Assembly: GCA_964536785.1 (NCBI GenBank) | Contig: CAZHYM010000002.1 | Span: 1-51,149, forward strand | Reading direction: 5' to 3' | Length of the DNA stretch: 51,149 bases | Source of the DNA: an uncultured Candidatus Saccharibacteria bacterium | Lineage (GTDB): Bacteria > Patescibacteriota > Saccharimonadia > Saccharimonadales > Saccharimonadaceae | Shown: piece after piece, positions 16,959-25,247 of the stretch | How the letters are laid out: each line of letters opens with the position of its first letter | How positions within the stretch are numbered: the first letter of the stretch is position 1 | Position numbers and translations under genes: made by a program | Notes under the pieces: model-generated | What the model was told of the DNA's origin: nothing | The model's database searches: none | The model's input: the letters and a program-made list of their open reading frames with translations, nothing else

Positions 16959-16987
16959 TTGACTTTTTATGATGTTTATGCTAAATT
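16959..16987 (+). promoter_or_regulatory. Promoter P2 (TTGACT-17-TGcTAAATT), near-duplicate of P1
   Basis: TTGACT at 16959-16964, a 17-nt spacer TTTTATGATGTTTATGC, and TAAATT at 16982-16987. It is 22/25 identical to 616-640. Confidence 0.65.
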
Positions 16988-17025
16988 ATAGGTATAACCT
17001 ATTAAAATAAAAAGGAAAAATAAAA

Positions 17026-17214
17026 ATGAGCGAAAAAATAAGAGATTATCTAACTCTTGAAGAAGAAGACATAAGACTTAAGGGTCTTGATTTTGCTAAA
17101 TTCCAAGAAGACAAGCAGGAGCGTGATGAAAACATTGAACTTGATGCTAAAACACTAGCTTTATGGGGTGGAATTGCAATCGAAAATTCAGGATTAGTGG
17201 AGCTAGATTTCTAA
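17026..17214 (+). CDS. Small acidic hypothetical protein (62 aa)
   Basis: Driven by P2, with AAGGA upstream. No recognisable motif and no terminator before the adhesin gene. Confidence 0.45.
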   Translation: MSEKIRDYLTLEEEDIRLKGLDFAKFQEDKQERDENIELDAKTLALWGGIAIENSGLVELDF

Positions 17215-17271
17215 AAACTAAAAACTAAAATCACAAAATCAAAATAAAAAACGAAAGGTCCAAACAAAAAT

Positions 17272-19158
17272 ATGAAAAAAATCTTTAAACGAGTTGCCCT
17301 AGCAGCAGTGGTTGTCATGTTAGGTTTATTCGTTTTTGATGGTAATGCCTTAGCAACTAGCGAGGTGAGCGTCAAAATGGAACCGGGAACAACACTTCAT
17401 TATCTAACAACCGCGAGCGGCAAAAATCTACTCTACTCAGTGAAATCTGATGGGCAAGGTAATTTTTATTATTGTCTAGAACCTTCGCTGAAAGGGCCAG
17501 GTTGGCCAGAAGTAGGCACATATCAATCCTTCCCAGCAGGACAACCAAATTTAACTGCACTAGAAAATAGGATTTTGGCTCTTGGCTATCCAAACCAGAG
17601 CATACCAGGATTTGAAGGAAGCCGAAATCAATCGTATTATGTAACGCAGGCTGCAATGTACGCTGCATCGAGCAGGGCTTCAACGATTTATGACATCCCA
17701 AATCTACGAACCGCCAGTGGCACAGAGTTGCAATATAAAATTTTAACTGCCGTAAAAGACTTATACAATCGAGCTCAAAATTCAGTAAATACTTCAAACA
17801 ATAGTATTCGTCTAGAAGGCCCAGATTCAGCTAAGCTCGTCGGATCAAATTATGTTTCTGGTCCTTACTATGTAAAAACCGTTAATTCAACGCAGTTTAA
17901 CTTAAAACTATCCGTTGTAGGTGCAAATAGTGCGTCGATTCAAGATGCGAACGGAAACATAATAAGTTCAGTAACAAAATCAACTACTCCCATTTATGTT
18001 AAATACCCAGTTTCCACTAACTCAAATACTGGTAAGATCACTCTAAGAGCCAGCGGAGTTAACACGTATAAAATTGGTCTTTTCTATGCGTCAAGAGTTG
18101 AAGGATATCAGAATCAATCGAGTTATTCTAACTATGTAGAAAATGTTGAATTATCGGCTTCATCTAATTGGGTAAGGACAAGCTCTGTTGTTGAGATAAC
18201 AAAGACCGATGCAACAACTGGTGCACCACTTAGCGGAGCAAGAATTTCAATTTACAAAGACGGAGTAAATTCAGCTGTGTATGAAGGCATTTCTAACGCA
18301 AAAGGTCAGATCAGCGTTACCTTGGGGCTAGGGACTTATACATACAGGGAAGTGACTGCGCCAAAAGGTTATTATCTAGTAGAGAGTGTTGGAGCGTTTG
18401 AGATAAAAGCAGGAGGCGAGCCAATCAAATTAACTATAAAGAACACTAAAATTCCGATTGGATCTGTTGAAATTTTGAAAGTTGATTCAAGCAATAATAA
18501 TCCGCTAGCTGGAGCTAGAATAGCGATTTATGATGAATACATGACTAAAAAACTTAGCGAAGGAGTGACCGGAAGTGATGGCATATTGAAAGTTGAATCT
18601 CTAGAAGCCGGAAAGTACATGTTCAGAGAGTTGGTGGCTCCAAACGGCTATAAGGCTGCAACGGTTTCCGGACTGTTTGAAATTAAAACCGACAAGGAGT
18701 TAGTCAGAATCACATTAAAAAATGATAAACTGGTTGCGCCTAAAGCTCCTACTGGTAAGGTTGAGATATCAAAAACTGATCTGGTGACTAGTGAGCCAAT
18801 CGCGGGAGCAAAAATTGAAATTTTCGACCGATTGGGATCTAAGATCTATGAAGATATATCTGACGAAAAAGGTAAAATATATGCTGAGTTGCCATACGGT
18901 AAATATACTTTCAAAGAAACCGTTGCGCCAGAAGGCTATATCTTAAACACAGTAGAGGGAGAGTTTGAAATAGTCGATTCAAACTCTGTAGTTAAGGCAG
19001 AGCTTAAAAATGAAAAGATGCCAGCGTCCGTAGATATGCCTGCCGAGATTCCTAAAACAGGACCTGTCGAAACTGCGATCAGTGTCATTGCAGTTAGCGC
19101 GATGTCACTATCGGCGGTATACTGGTACAAATCTCAACAAGCACTGCGTCGACTATAA
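17272..19158 (+). CDS. Sortase-anchored surface adhesin: thioester (TQXA) domain + 3 CnaB/SpaA-like repeats + IPKTG sorting signal
   Basis: Signal peptide KRVALAAVVVMLGLFVF..ALA. FYYCLEP (Cys68, nt 17473-17475), RILALGYPNQ and YYVTQAAMY (Gln126, nt 17647-17649) match the Cys...GYP...TQxA layout of thioester domains. Three repeats of about 93 aa follow. C-terminal IPKTG (19048-19062) is followed by a TM segment and the basic tail KSQQALRRL. Confidence 0.8.
   Translation: MKKIFKRVALAAVVVMLGLFVFDGNALATSEVSVKMEPGTTLHYLTTASGKNLLYSVKSDGQGNFYYCLEPSLKGPGWPEVGTYQSFPAGQPNLTALENRILALGYPNQSIPGFEGSRNQSYYVTQAAMYAASSRASTIYDIPNLRTASGTELQYKILTAVKDLYNRAQNSVNTSNNSIRLEGPDSAKLVGSNYVSGPYYVKTVNSTQFNLKLSVVGANSASIQDANGNIISSVTKSTTPIYVKYPVSTNSNTGKITLRASGVNTYKIGLFYASRVEGYQNQSSYSNYVENVELSASSNWVRTSSVVEITKTDATTGAPLSGARISIYKDGVNSAVYEGISNAKGQISVTLGLGTYTYREVTAPKGYYLVESVGAFEIKAGGEPIKLTIKNTKIPIGSVEILKVDSSNNNPLAGARIAIYDEYMTKKLSEGVTGSDGILKVESLEAGKYMFRELVAPNGYKAATVSGLFEIKTDKELVRITLKNDKLVAPKAPTGKVEISKTDLVTSEPIAGAKIEIFDRLGSKIYEDISDEKGKIYAELPYGKYTFKETVAPEGYILNTVEGEFEIVDSNSVVKAELKNEKMPASVDMPAEIPKTGPVETAISVIAVSAMSLSAVYWYKSQQALRRL
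18181..19017 (+). repeat. Three tandem coding repeats (~280 nt each) encoding CnaB/SpaA prealbumin-like domains
   Basis: VEITKTDATTGAPLSGARISIY...YTYREVTAPKGY...IKNTK; VEILKVDSSNNNPLAGARIAIY...YMFRELVAPNGY...LKNDK; VEISKTDLVTSEPIAGAKIEIF...YTFKETVAPEGY...LKNEK. The repeat is at protein level, and the DNA copies have diverged. Confidence 0.8.
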
Positions 19159-19172
19159 ATTATAAATAAACT

Positions 19173-19206
19173 AAAACCGCTTTCCCTTAACTGAGAGCGG
19201 TTTTTT
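19173..19206 (+). terminator. Rho-independent terminator after the adhesin gene
   Basis: Stem AAAACCGCT (19173-19181) / AGCGGTTTT (19196-19204), followed by a T-run. Confidence 0.75.
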
Positions 19207-19213
19207 GTAGGGC

Positions 19214-19242
19214 TTGATTATCTCTAGTAATTTTGTTATACT
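19214..19242 (+). promoter_or_regulatory. rplU promoter TTGATT-17-TGtTATACT
   Basis: TTGATT at 19214-19219 and TATACT at 19237-19242 with TG at 19234-19235. AAGGA SD lies before ATG 19271. Confidence 0.65.
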
Positions 19243-19270
19243 CATCACTTGAAATAATAAAAGGAAATTT

Positions 19271-19579
19271 ATGAAAAAAGCAGTCATCAAAGTCGGCGGG
19301 AAACAATATATTGTCGCCGAAAAAGAGACCCTCTTGGTGGATCTCCTCCCTGAAGGCACAAAAGAGCTCAAACTTGATGCACTACTAACTTTTGACGGTG
19401 ACGACGTTGTTGTCGGAACTCCAACGGTAAAAGGTGCGATTGTTTCAGCAAAAGTTAGCGCACCAGAGGTAAAAGGTGAAAAGATTCGAGTAATTCGTTA
19501 TAAAGCAAAAAAACGAGTTCACAAAGAGATTGGTCATCGCCAAAAATATTCAGCTATTGAGATCGTATCAATAAAATAA
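19271..19579 (+). CDS. rplU: 50S ribosomal protein L21
   Basis: MKKAVIKVGGKQYIV...GEKIRVIRYKAKKRVHKEIGHRQKY is the typical L21 signature. The gene is monocistronic, and no rpmA follows. Confidence 0.9.
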   Translation: MKKAVIKVGGKQYIVAEKETLLVDLLPEGTKELKLDALLTFDGDDVVVGTPTVKGAIVSAKVSAPEVKGEKIRVIRYKAKKRVHKEIGHRQKYSAIEIVSIK

Positions 19580-19581
19580 AT

Positions 19582-19607
19582 AAAATCCGCCTTGAAAGGC
19601 GGATTTT
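19582..19607 (+). terminator. Rho-independent terminator after rplU
   Basis: Perfect 10-bp stem AAAATCCGCC / GGCGGATTTT with a 6-nt loop. Confidence 0.8.
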
Positions 19608-19630
19608 AGATACCGCAAGATTAGCGCTTG

Positions 19631-19639
19631 TGCTATAAT
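19631..19639 (+). promoter_or_regulatory. Extended -10 TGcTATAAT upstream of parA
   Basis: TGCTATAAT at 19631-19639, 12 nt before ATG 19652. The TTG at 19628 used by the ORF track lies upstream of this -10. Confidence 0.55.
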
Positions 19640-19651
19640 GTTGGTAGATTT

Positions 19652-20425
19652 ATGGCAGGGGAAACAACTATTATTGCTATTGCTAATCAAAAGGGTGGCG
19701 TTGGCAAAACCACAACGGCTTTAAACTTAGCTTATTATTTGGCTAAATTAGGTAAGGCTACATTATTGATTGATTTTGATCCCCAGGGCAATGCAACTAG
19801 TGGGCTTGGAGTGTCAAAAACCGATATGCCATGTAGCATGTCAGACGTAATTCTGGAAAAATGCCATATAAATGATGCAATATTTCCGACGGAATACGAC
19901 AAACTTGATTTAGCCCCAAGCCAATCAACTCTCGCAAATGCTGAGGTTGAACTTGCAAAAGCTGACAGAAGATTTGTCAGGATGCGTAATGAGATTGCTG
20001 ATTTAAAGAAACGTTATGATTTTGTTATTATTGATTGTCCGCCTAGCTTGAGCTTGCTTACCGTAAACTCGTTGATAGCGGCTAAATATGTCATCATGCC
20101 AGTTCAAACTGAGTTTTATGCACTTGAAGGCTTGGGCCAATTGCTCGAAACAATGAAAATTATTCGTGCTGGAATGAACCCTGGTTTAGAGTTGCTGGGA
20201 GTTTTGCCTACTATGGTCGACTCTCGGACCGTTCTATCAACGCAGGTAATAGCTGAGATAAAAAAGCATTTTGGACAAAAGGTTTTTATAAATGCTATTC
20301 CGAGAAATATCCGCTTAGCTGAGGCTCCAAGCCATGGGATTCCAATTGGCGAGTACGATCGTTTTTCTAAGGGAGCAAGGAGCTATAAGGCTTTCGCTAA
20401 GGAGGTAATTAATCGTGTCAAGTAA
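19652..20425 (+). CDS. parA: Chromosome partitioning ATPase ParA/Soj
   Basis: Deviant Walker A IANQKGGVGKTT, DFDPQGNAT and IIDCPPSL. It is followed by parB. Confidence 0.9.
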   Translation: MAGETTIIAIANQKGGVGKTTTALNLAYYLAKLGKATLLIDFDPQGNATSGLGVSKTDMPCSMSDVILEKCHINDAIFPTEYDKLDLAPSQSTLANAEVELAKADRRFVRMRNEIADLKKRYDFVIIDCPPSLSLLTVNSLIAAKYVIMPVQTEFYALEGLGQLLETMKIIRAGMNPGLELLGVLPTMVDSRTVLSTQVIAEIKKHFGQKVFINAIPRNIRLAEAPSHGIPIGEYDRFSKGARSYKAFAKEVINRVK

Positions 20426-21305
20426 TAAAAAAGCATTAGGTAGGGGATTTGAATCTTTAATTCCAACAGAATTGTTTGATGAAATGTTTGACCCAACCAG
20501 AGTAGAAGACGCTAAATTAAGTAGTTTAGCGGATATCAGTCTTGATAAGATCATTATCGATCCGAATCAACCTAGAAAATTATTTAAAGAAGATGCCTTA
20601 GGATCACTGGCTGAATCGATAAAAAATTACGGTGTTTTACAACCGATTGTTCTGGTGAAAATGGGCGATAAATATCAAATTGTAGCTGGAGAGCGAAGAT
20701 ACAGAGCTTCATTGATGGCTGGATTAGATAAAATTCCAGCAATCGTTAGATCGCTCTCAAGTCAGAATAAACTTGAACTTTCGCTGATTGAGAACATCCA
20801 GAGAGAAGAGCTAAATATTATCGAAATTGCTACTGGCTATCTGAAGTTACGTGATCAGTTTAACATGTCACTAAATGAAATTGCTGAAAAGGTCGGCGGG
20901 AAAAGTATAAGCGCTATAAGCAATACTTTGCGGTTACTAAAATTACCTCATGAAGTAATTGAACTATTATCGGGAGGTCTGTTGACCGAAGGTCAGGCGA
21001 GGCCATTGATTGGCTTGGACAAAAGCATTGCTAGCAAGCTAGCAAAACTAATTGTTAAACACGGTTGGTCCGCTCGAAGAATCGAACAAGTGGTGTCCGA
21101 ATTAGACGTAAAAACTGAAAAATCCGACTTAGAAAAATTCGTGAGAATCATATCGACTAAGGACGCAAAAAAAATGTCTGCTGACATATCCAAGCGCTTG
21201 TCAACTGAGGTCCGTGTTAAAACCTCAAAAAATGGTACTGGCAGCGTGGTTATCGCTTTTAAAAACATTGATGATTTAAATCGAATTAAATCTTTTCTTA
21301 AATAA
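20415..21305 (+). CDS. parB: Chromosome partitioning protein ParB/Spo0J
   Basis: ParB box GVLQPIVL...YQIVAGERRYRAS, plus an HTH region LNEIAEKVGGKSISAISNTLRLLKL. GTG start overlaps the parA stop. Confidence 0.9.
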   Translation: MSSNKKALGRGFESLIPTELFDEMFDPTRVEDAKLSSLADISLDKIIIDPNQPRKLFKEDALGSLAESIKNYGVLQPIVLVKMGDKYQIVAGERRYRASLMAGLDKIPAIVRSLSSQNKLELSLIENIQREELNIIEIATGYLKLRDQFNMSLNEIAEKVGGKSISAISNTLRLLKLPHEVIELLSGGLLTEGQARPLIGLDKSIASKLAKLIVKHGWSARRIEQVVSELDVKTEKSDLEKFVRIISTKDAKKMSADISKRLSTEVRVKTSKNGTGSVVIAFKNIDDLNRIKSFLK

Positions 21306-21345
21306 TCTATCTAGAGTCTTAAGCCTAGAATATCTTATTCATAAT

Positions 21346-21954
21346 TTAGAATAGCCTGAATTTATTAACAGGGAAAAGTCTAAGTTTGACTGGACCAACG
21401 ACTGAATAAAGCTGGATATTTCCTAGTCCATTTCGTGAGTCATAAGAATTATTGCCGTCACGGTGATCCCCTGATACGAAAATTGTTTTGTCTTGAACGA
21501 TGGTGTCAATATTGCCTGAAGCGGGGGTTCTAGGTTCGTCTTTTAAGCCTTCATTTGGATTAAAGCCATTGGGATTTTCATCATTGTAAACGGTAATTTC
21601 TCCATCTTTGACAACGACTCTTTCGCCAGGTAAGCCAACCACTCGTTTTATCAAGTATCTATCGGCCTGAGTTGACATATTGGAGGGGTTTCTGGGGTTT
21701 TCAAAGACGATAATTTGGCCTCGCTTCGGGACGTAAGGTTCATTTTTTATCATTGACCATGTTACGGGCAACCGGTTAACTATTACTTGCTCTCCATCGT
21801 GTAACGTGTCTTCCATGCTTCTTCCTACGATACTATAGCTACGAAAGACAAAGCTATTTATAATAAGAGTTCCAAGTATCACGGCTACGACAAAGTAAAT
21901 GATACTAGTCATATCTCGTAAGTAATTTTTACGATTAATATTGATATTACTCAT
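21346..21954 (-). CDS. lepB: Signal peptidase I
   Basis: N-terminal TM segment, catalytic Ser box GRSMEDTL, Lys box KRVVGLPGE, and GDHRDGNNSYDSR. Confidence 0.9.
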   Translation of the reverse strand: MSNININRKNYLRDMTSIIYFVVAVILGTLIINSFVFRSYSIVGRSMEDTLHDGEQVIVNRLPVTWSMIKNEPYVPKRGQIIVFENPRNPSNMSTQADRYLIKRVVGLPGERVVVKDGEITVYNDENPNGFNPNEGLKDEPRTPASGNIDTIVQDKTIFVSGDHRDGNNSYDSRNGLGNIQLYSVVGPVKLRLFPVNKFRLF

Positions 21955-21997
21955 AATCTAGATAACTATTATAGCACAACAAGCTTGTGTTTTAGCT

Positions 21998-22026
21998 TTG
22001 TAAGCTATCCAAAAATAATGTATAGT
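21998..22026 (+). promoter_or_regulatory. Promoter TTGTAA-17-TATAGT, 5 nt from ATG 22032 (leaderless arrangement)
   Basis: TTGTAA at 21998-22003 and TATAGT at 22021-22026. GATAT follows, then the ATG. No SD. Confidence 0.6.
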
Positions 22027-22031
22027 GATAT

Positions 22032-23579
22032 ATGCTTATGAAAAATAAACGCAATCAGAGTCTTGATGGTTTTCTCGCTAGGCGTCAGAGGACTATGTCG
22101 GAAGGAACAAAACAAAGTAGCAGGGCGATAAATTCCCATGCGCGTAAGGTCATGAAGGCTAACGCACCGGCGGAAGCTAATGATAAAAAATTAACATCAC
22201 TATGTCCTGTCAATTCTATAGAAAGGCTAAGCCCCATAACAGTAGAAAGCAATTCTGAGACGCCAAAACCAAGAAAAAAATCAAAGTTAACTAAACTCAT
22301 TAGAAGATTTTTATTATTGGCGCTTTTAATTGCTGTATCATTCGGTGGCTACTATGCACTGCGCATGATTAGCGCAAGCAGCAAGATATTCAATGGTAAT
22401 ATTGTAGATTTATTTTCTAAGGTTGAGCTAAAAAAAGATGAGAACAATCGAACAAATATTTTGATTTTTGGCACGTCCGAAGACGGTGATAACGGAACTC
22501 ATCCGGGAGGAGATTTAACTGATTCAATCATGGTCGCTAGTTTCAGTCATGATACTAAAGCCGTGTCATTTGTTAGTTTACCCAGGGATTTATGGGTTAA
22601 GCTAGATGAAGCTTGTACGGTTGGTTACTACGAAAGGATAAACACAGTTTATATGTGTGGTTCCGATAACGGAGAAAATGAATCTGCCGGAGCGAACGCT
22701 TTGGCCAAAAAAGTAACAGAGATTACTGGTCTAGCAATAAACTATTACGTGCATGTTAATTTTGGCGCGGTTGAAAAACTGGTTGATGCCGTTGGCGGTT
22801 TGCAGGTTATGATAGAGAGCGATGATCCGCGAGGAATTGCCGATCTAGGTTTTGCGTATCCGAATGGTTTAACCCCAGTTTTAAATGGTCATGAAGTTCT
22901 TGATCTTACTCGAGCTCGCAATGCGTATGTTGGCTATGGCATACCGTCAAATTTTGAGCGAGAAAAAAATCAGCAGAGAGCTCTTCAAGCTTTATTTAAA
23001 AAAATTATGAGTAGTGAAAGTTTATATAATATAAATCGAATTAGCGCGATAATGGAGACGCTCGGAGACAATCTTAAAACCGACATTACAATGTCTGAAG
23101 TTCGCTCTGCTATAGATCTAGGCAAACAGATTGATCTTGAAAATGGCGAAAAATTAGGCTTCCAAGACAGTGGCAATGCCGTAGTAAAAAGTGCAAATAT
23201 CGGCGGTAGGTCAGTTCTAGTTCCCGTGGCAGGAGAGTTCGATTACTCAGGCATAAGAAGCTTCATCACAAAGAGATTAAATTCTGAACCGTTCGTGAAA
23301 GAGGAAGCTGTTATCGGAGTGTATAACGCTTCTGGAGTGGAAGGGTTGGCGCGCTTAAAAGCTGCTGAAATTGAAGCCAAAGGTTTTACTGTTGGCGAAA
23401 TTAGTAATGCTTCAGATCAAACATGGCCTTCTGATGTTGTCATTTATCAATTAAATCCGGAAAAGCCCGAAACTGGCAAAAAACTGTCAGCGATTTATAA
23501 CCAAGAAATTACTGAGTCAGCGCCATCTTTTAGTTACGATCTAACTATGGACTTTCTTGTCGTTTTTACGGCTGAATAG
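22032..23579 (+). CDS. LytR-CpsA-Psr (LCP) family cell-wall glycopolymer transferase with LytR_C domain
   Basis: Basic cytoplasmic tail, TM segment FLLLALLIAVSFGGYYAL, LCP core NILIFGTSEDGD...TDSIMVASF...VSLPRDLWV, and a C-terminal domain VIGVYNASGVEGLARLKAAEIEAKGFTV. Confidence 0.85.
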   Translation: MLMKNKRNQSLDGFLARRQRTMSEGTKQSSRAINSHARKVMKANAPAEANDKKLTSLCPVNSIERLSPITVESNSETPKPRKKSKLTKLIRRFLLLALLIAVSFGGYYALRMISASSKIFNGNIVDLFSKVELKKDENNRTNILIFGTSEDGDNGTHPGGDLTDSIMVASFSHDTKAVSFVSLPRDLWVKLDEACTVGYYERINTVYMCGSDNGENESAGANALAKKVTEITGLAINYYVHVNFGAVEKLVDAVGGLQVMIESDDPRGIADLGFAYPNGLTPVLNGHEVLDLTRARNAYVGYGIPSNFEREKNQQRALQALFKKIMSSESLYNINRISAIMETLGDNLKTDITMSEVRSAIDLGKQIDLENGEKLGFQDSGNAVVKSANIGGRSVLVPVAGEFDYSGIRSFITKRLNSEPFVKEEAVIGVYNASGVEGLARLKAAEIEAKGFTVGEISNASDQTWPSDVVIYQLNPEKPETGKKLSAIYNQEITESAPSFSYDLTMDFLVVFTAE

Positions 23580-23594
23580 AGGTATACTATTACC

Positions 23595-24407
23595 ATGAAG
23601 TTTTCATCGGATAGGAAAATTAATTATAAGGCTCTCTTTAGCACAACAACTTATAGCCTGTTAAATGTGGCCATGGTTATAGCCGCTTGGGTGGCAGTAG
23701 TGGCTATCAATTCGCCTCTGCTAGCACTATTTATAATTCTACTCGGTAAGTGGCGAGTATTTGCCGTTAAGAGAAGATACTGGACAGCAAACATTCAGTC
23801 AAATATGGTCGACTACATAGTTGGTTTTAGTTATGTAGTAATTATGAGCAATGTTGGGGTTGAAAATGTCTTTTCGCAAACACTGCTAGCAATTTTGTAT
23901 ACCGCTTGGCTTTTATTTATTAAGCCCCAATCCTCCATTAAGTTTATTAAAATACAGGCACTAGTCGGCTTGTTTACTGGATTAAGCGCCTTAAGTGCTG
24001 TTTCGTACGATTGGGCTCCGCTTACTTCATTAGCTCTCGTAGCTATGATCGCATATTTTAGTTTCAAACATGCAACGGCACACGTAGATGGGATGAACCA
24101 CACATTTTTTGGTTTAATGTGGGCGTTGATGCTGTCTGAGTTGGCATGGATATTGTTGAATTGGACTACTGCTTATTCAGTTAGAGTTGGAACCTTCTTG
24201 GCGCTTGGTGATTTTAAGGTGTCTCAATTGGCAATTATTTCAACTATTTTAAGCGGTGTAGCTTGGACGGTAATTGATAAAGAAATTGGCAATTTGCGAG
24301 AAGACGCCAAATCTTTCTTTTTTGACAACAAACTTCCCATAATATTTTCAATCATTATGACTTTGGGGCTAATCTTTTTGTTTTCTCAAGCTACTATTGG
24401 TCTATAG
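23595..24407 (+). CDS. Polytopic membrane protein, unknown function
   Basis: About 7 hydrophobic segments and no recognisable motif. TATACT 23583-23588 lies 6 nt before the ATG. Confidence 0.5.
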   Translation: MKFSSDRKINYKALFSTTTYSLLNVAMVIAAWVAVVAINSPLLALFIILLGKWRVFAVKRRYWTANIQSNMVDYIVGFSYVVIMSNVGVENVFSQTLLAILYTAWLLFIKPQSSIKFIKIQALVGLFTGLSALSAVSYDWAPLTSLALVAMIAYFSFKHATAHVDGMNHTFFGLMWALMLSELAWILLNWTTAYSVRVGTFLALGDFKVSQLAIISTILSGVAWTVIDKEIGNLREDAKSFFFDNKLPIIFSIIMTLGLIFLFSQATIGL

Positions 24408-25247
24408 GTGGAATAAAGTAATATAGCCCGACGAAGCAATCCCTCTGGCGCCGATATTCTTTAACATTTGTTGAATTTCTTTTGTTTGGGACATGTCACT
24501 TTCGAGTAAAAACATACAGCTGTAATTAGTTTTTTCTTCAGCAATTTGATGAATAAACTTTTTGATCAAGCTTAGACCATTGTCAGGGGCGAATATAGCA
24601 ATTTTTGGCTCAAACTTCACACCATCTACATAATGCCACTTTTTATTCACGTAAGGTAGGTTTGCAAGGATAATATCAAACGAGGAACCGGTTTTAGCCA
24701 ATAGGTTTGATTTGATAAACTGAACATTAAGATTATGCTTTTTCGCATTTTTTGATGCGATCTTGAGAGCTTTTGGACTGATGTCTGACTGAGTCAGTTT
24801 GAAGTTAATTCCTAGTCTTGACAATTCTATTGCTAGAGATTGACCCAATACCCCAGAGCCACAACCGACGTCCAGAATATTAATTGTATTTTGAGAAGGT
24901 AGGCTATTCAGTGCCAACTCAATCATGTCTTCTGATTCTTGGCGGGGAATAAGTACATCTCTGCTGACGATAAAATCATGTCCAAAAAACTCTTTAGTCC
25001 CAGTCAAATAAGCAATTGGGAAATCTTTTAACCTCATTCTTAATAGTCTATTAGCTTGTCTTATTATCGTAGGCGATAGGTTGCGCTCAGGGTGGGCGTG
25101 TAAAGTTTGTCTGTTGGTTTTTAGCACTGTTGCCAGTATCAATTCACTGTCTAAGCTAGAAGAGTTGAAGCCCGAATGGGATAACCTCTTTCTCGCATAT
25201 TGTAGCCAATCGCTAACAGTTTTAATTTTTTGCGATTTCTTCGGCAT
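24402..25247 (-). CDS. prmC: Release-factor glutamine N5-methyltransferase PrmC/HemK
   Basis: SAM motif ILDVGCGSG and substrate motif ANLPYV (an NPPY variant). It lies immediately downstream of prfA, overlapping it by 26 nt. Confidence 0.85.
   Translation of the reverse strand: MPKKSQKIKTVSDWLQYARKRLSHSGFNSSSLDSELILATVLKTNRQTLHAHPERNLSPTIIRQANRLLRMRLKDFPIAYLTGTKEFFGHDFIVSRDVLIPRQESEDMIELALNSLPSQNTINILDVGCGSGVLGQSLAIELSRLGINFKLTQSDISPKALKIASKNAKKHNLNVQFIKSNLLAKTGSSFDIILANLPYVNKKWHYVDGVKFEPKIAIFAPDNGLSLIKKFIHQIAEEKTNYSCMFLLESDMSQTKEIQQMLKNIGARGIASSGYITLFHL

Noticed and set aside
17215-17290. A-tracts upstream of, and A7 run inside, the first codons of the adhesin gene, considered as a slipped-strand phase-variation switch
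   Set aside because: The longest homopolymer is only 6-7 nt. Such runs are common here because of Lys codons (A8 and T8 runs occur in parB and other genes). This is insufficient for a phase-variation claim.
17372-17797. 141-aa minus-strand ORF inside the adhesin gene
   Set aside because: It is antisense to the thioester-domain coding region. It has no start context and a Leu/Cys-rich composition.
19652-21305. Search for a parS site (TGTTNCACGTGAAACA-like) in and around parAB
   Set aside because: I could find no CACGTG-centred 16-mer palindrome by eye in or near the operon. I cannot report a parS site.
21975-21990. 10-bp palindrome ACAAGCTTGT in the lepB/LCP divergent region
   Set aside because: It is short, contains a HindIII-type hexamer palindrome, and its flanks do not extend the symmetry. 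It is likely chance, although it does sit in the lepB promoter spacer.
24402-24407. Convergent genes overlapping at their stop codons within the palindrome CTATAG
   Set aside because: The overlap is real: TAG on both strands. It is most simply a consequence of genome compaction, and there is no evidence of function.
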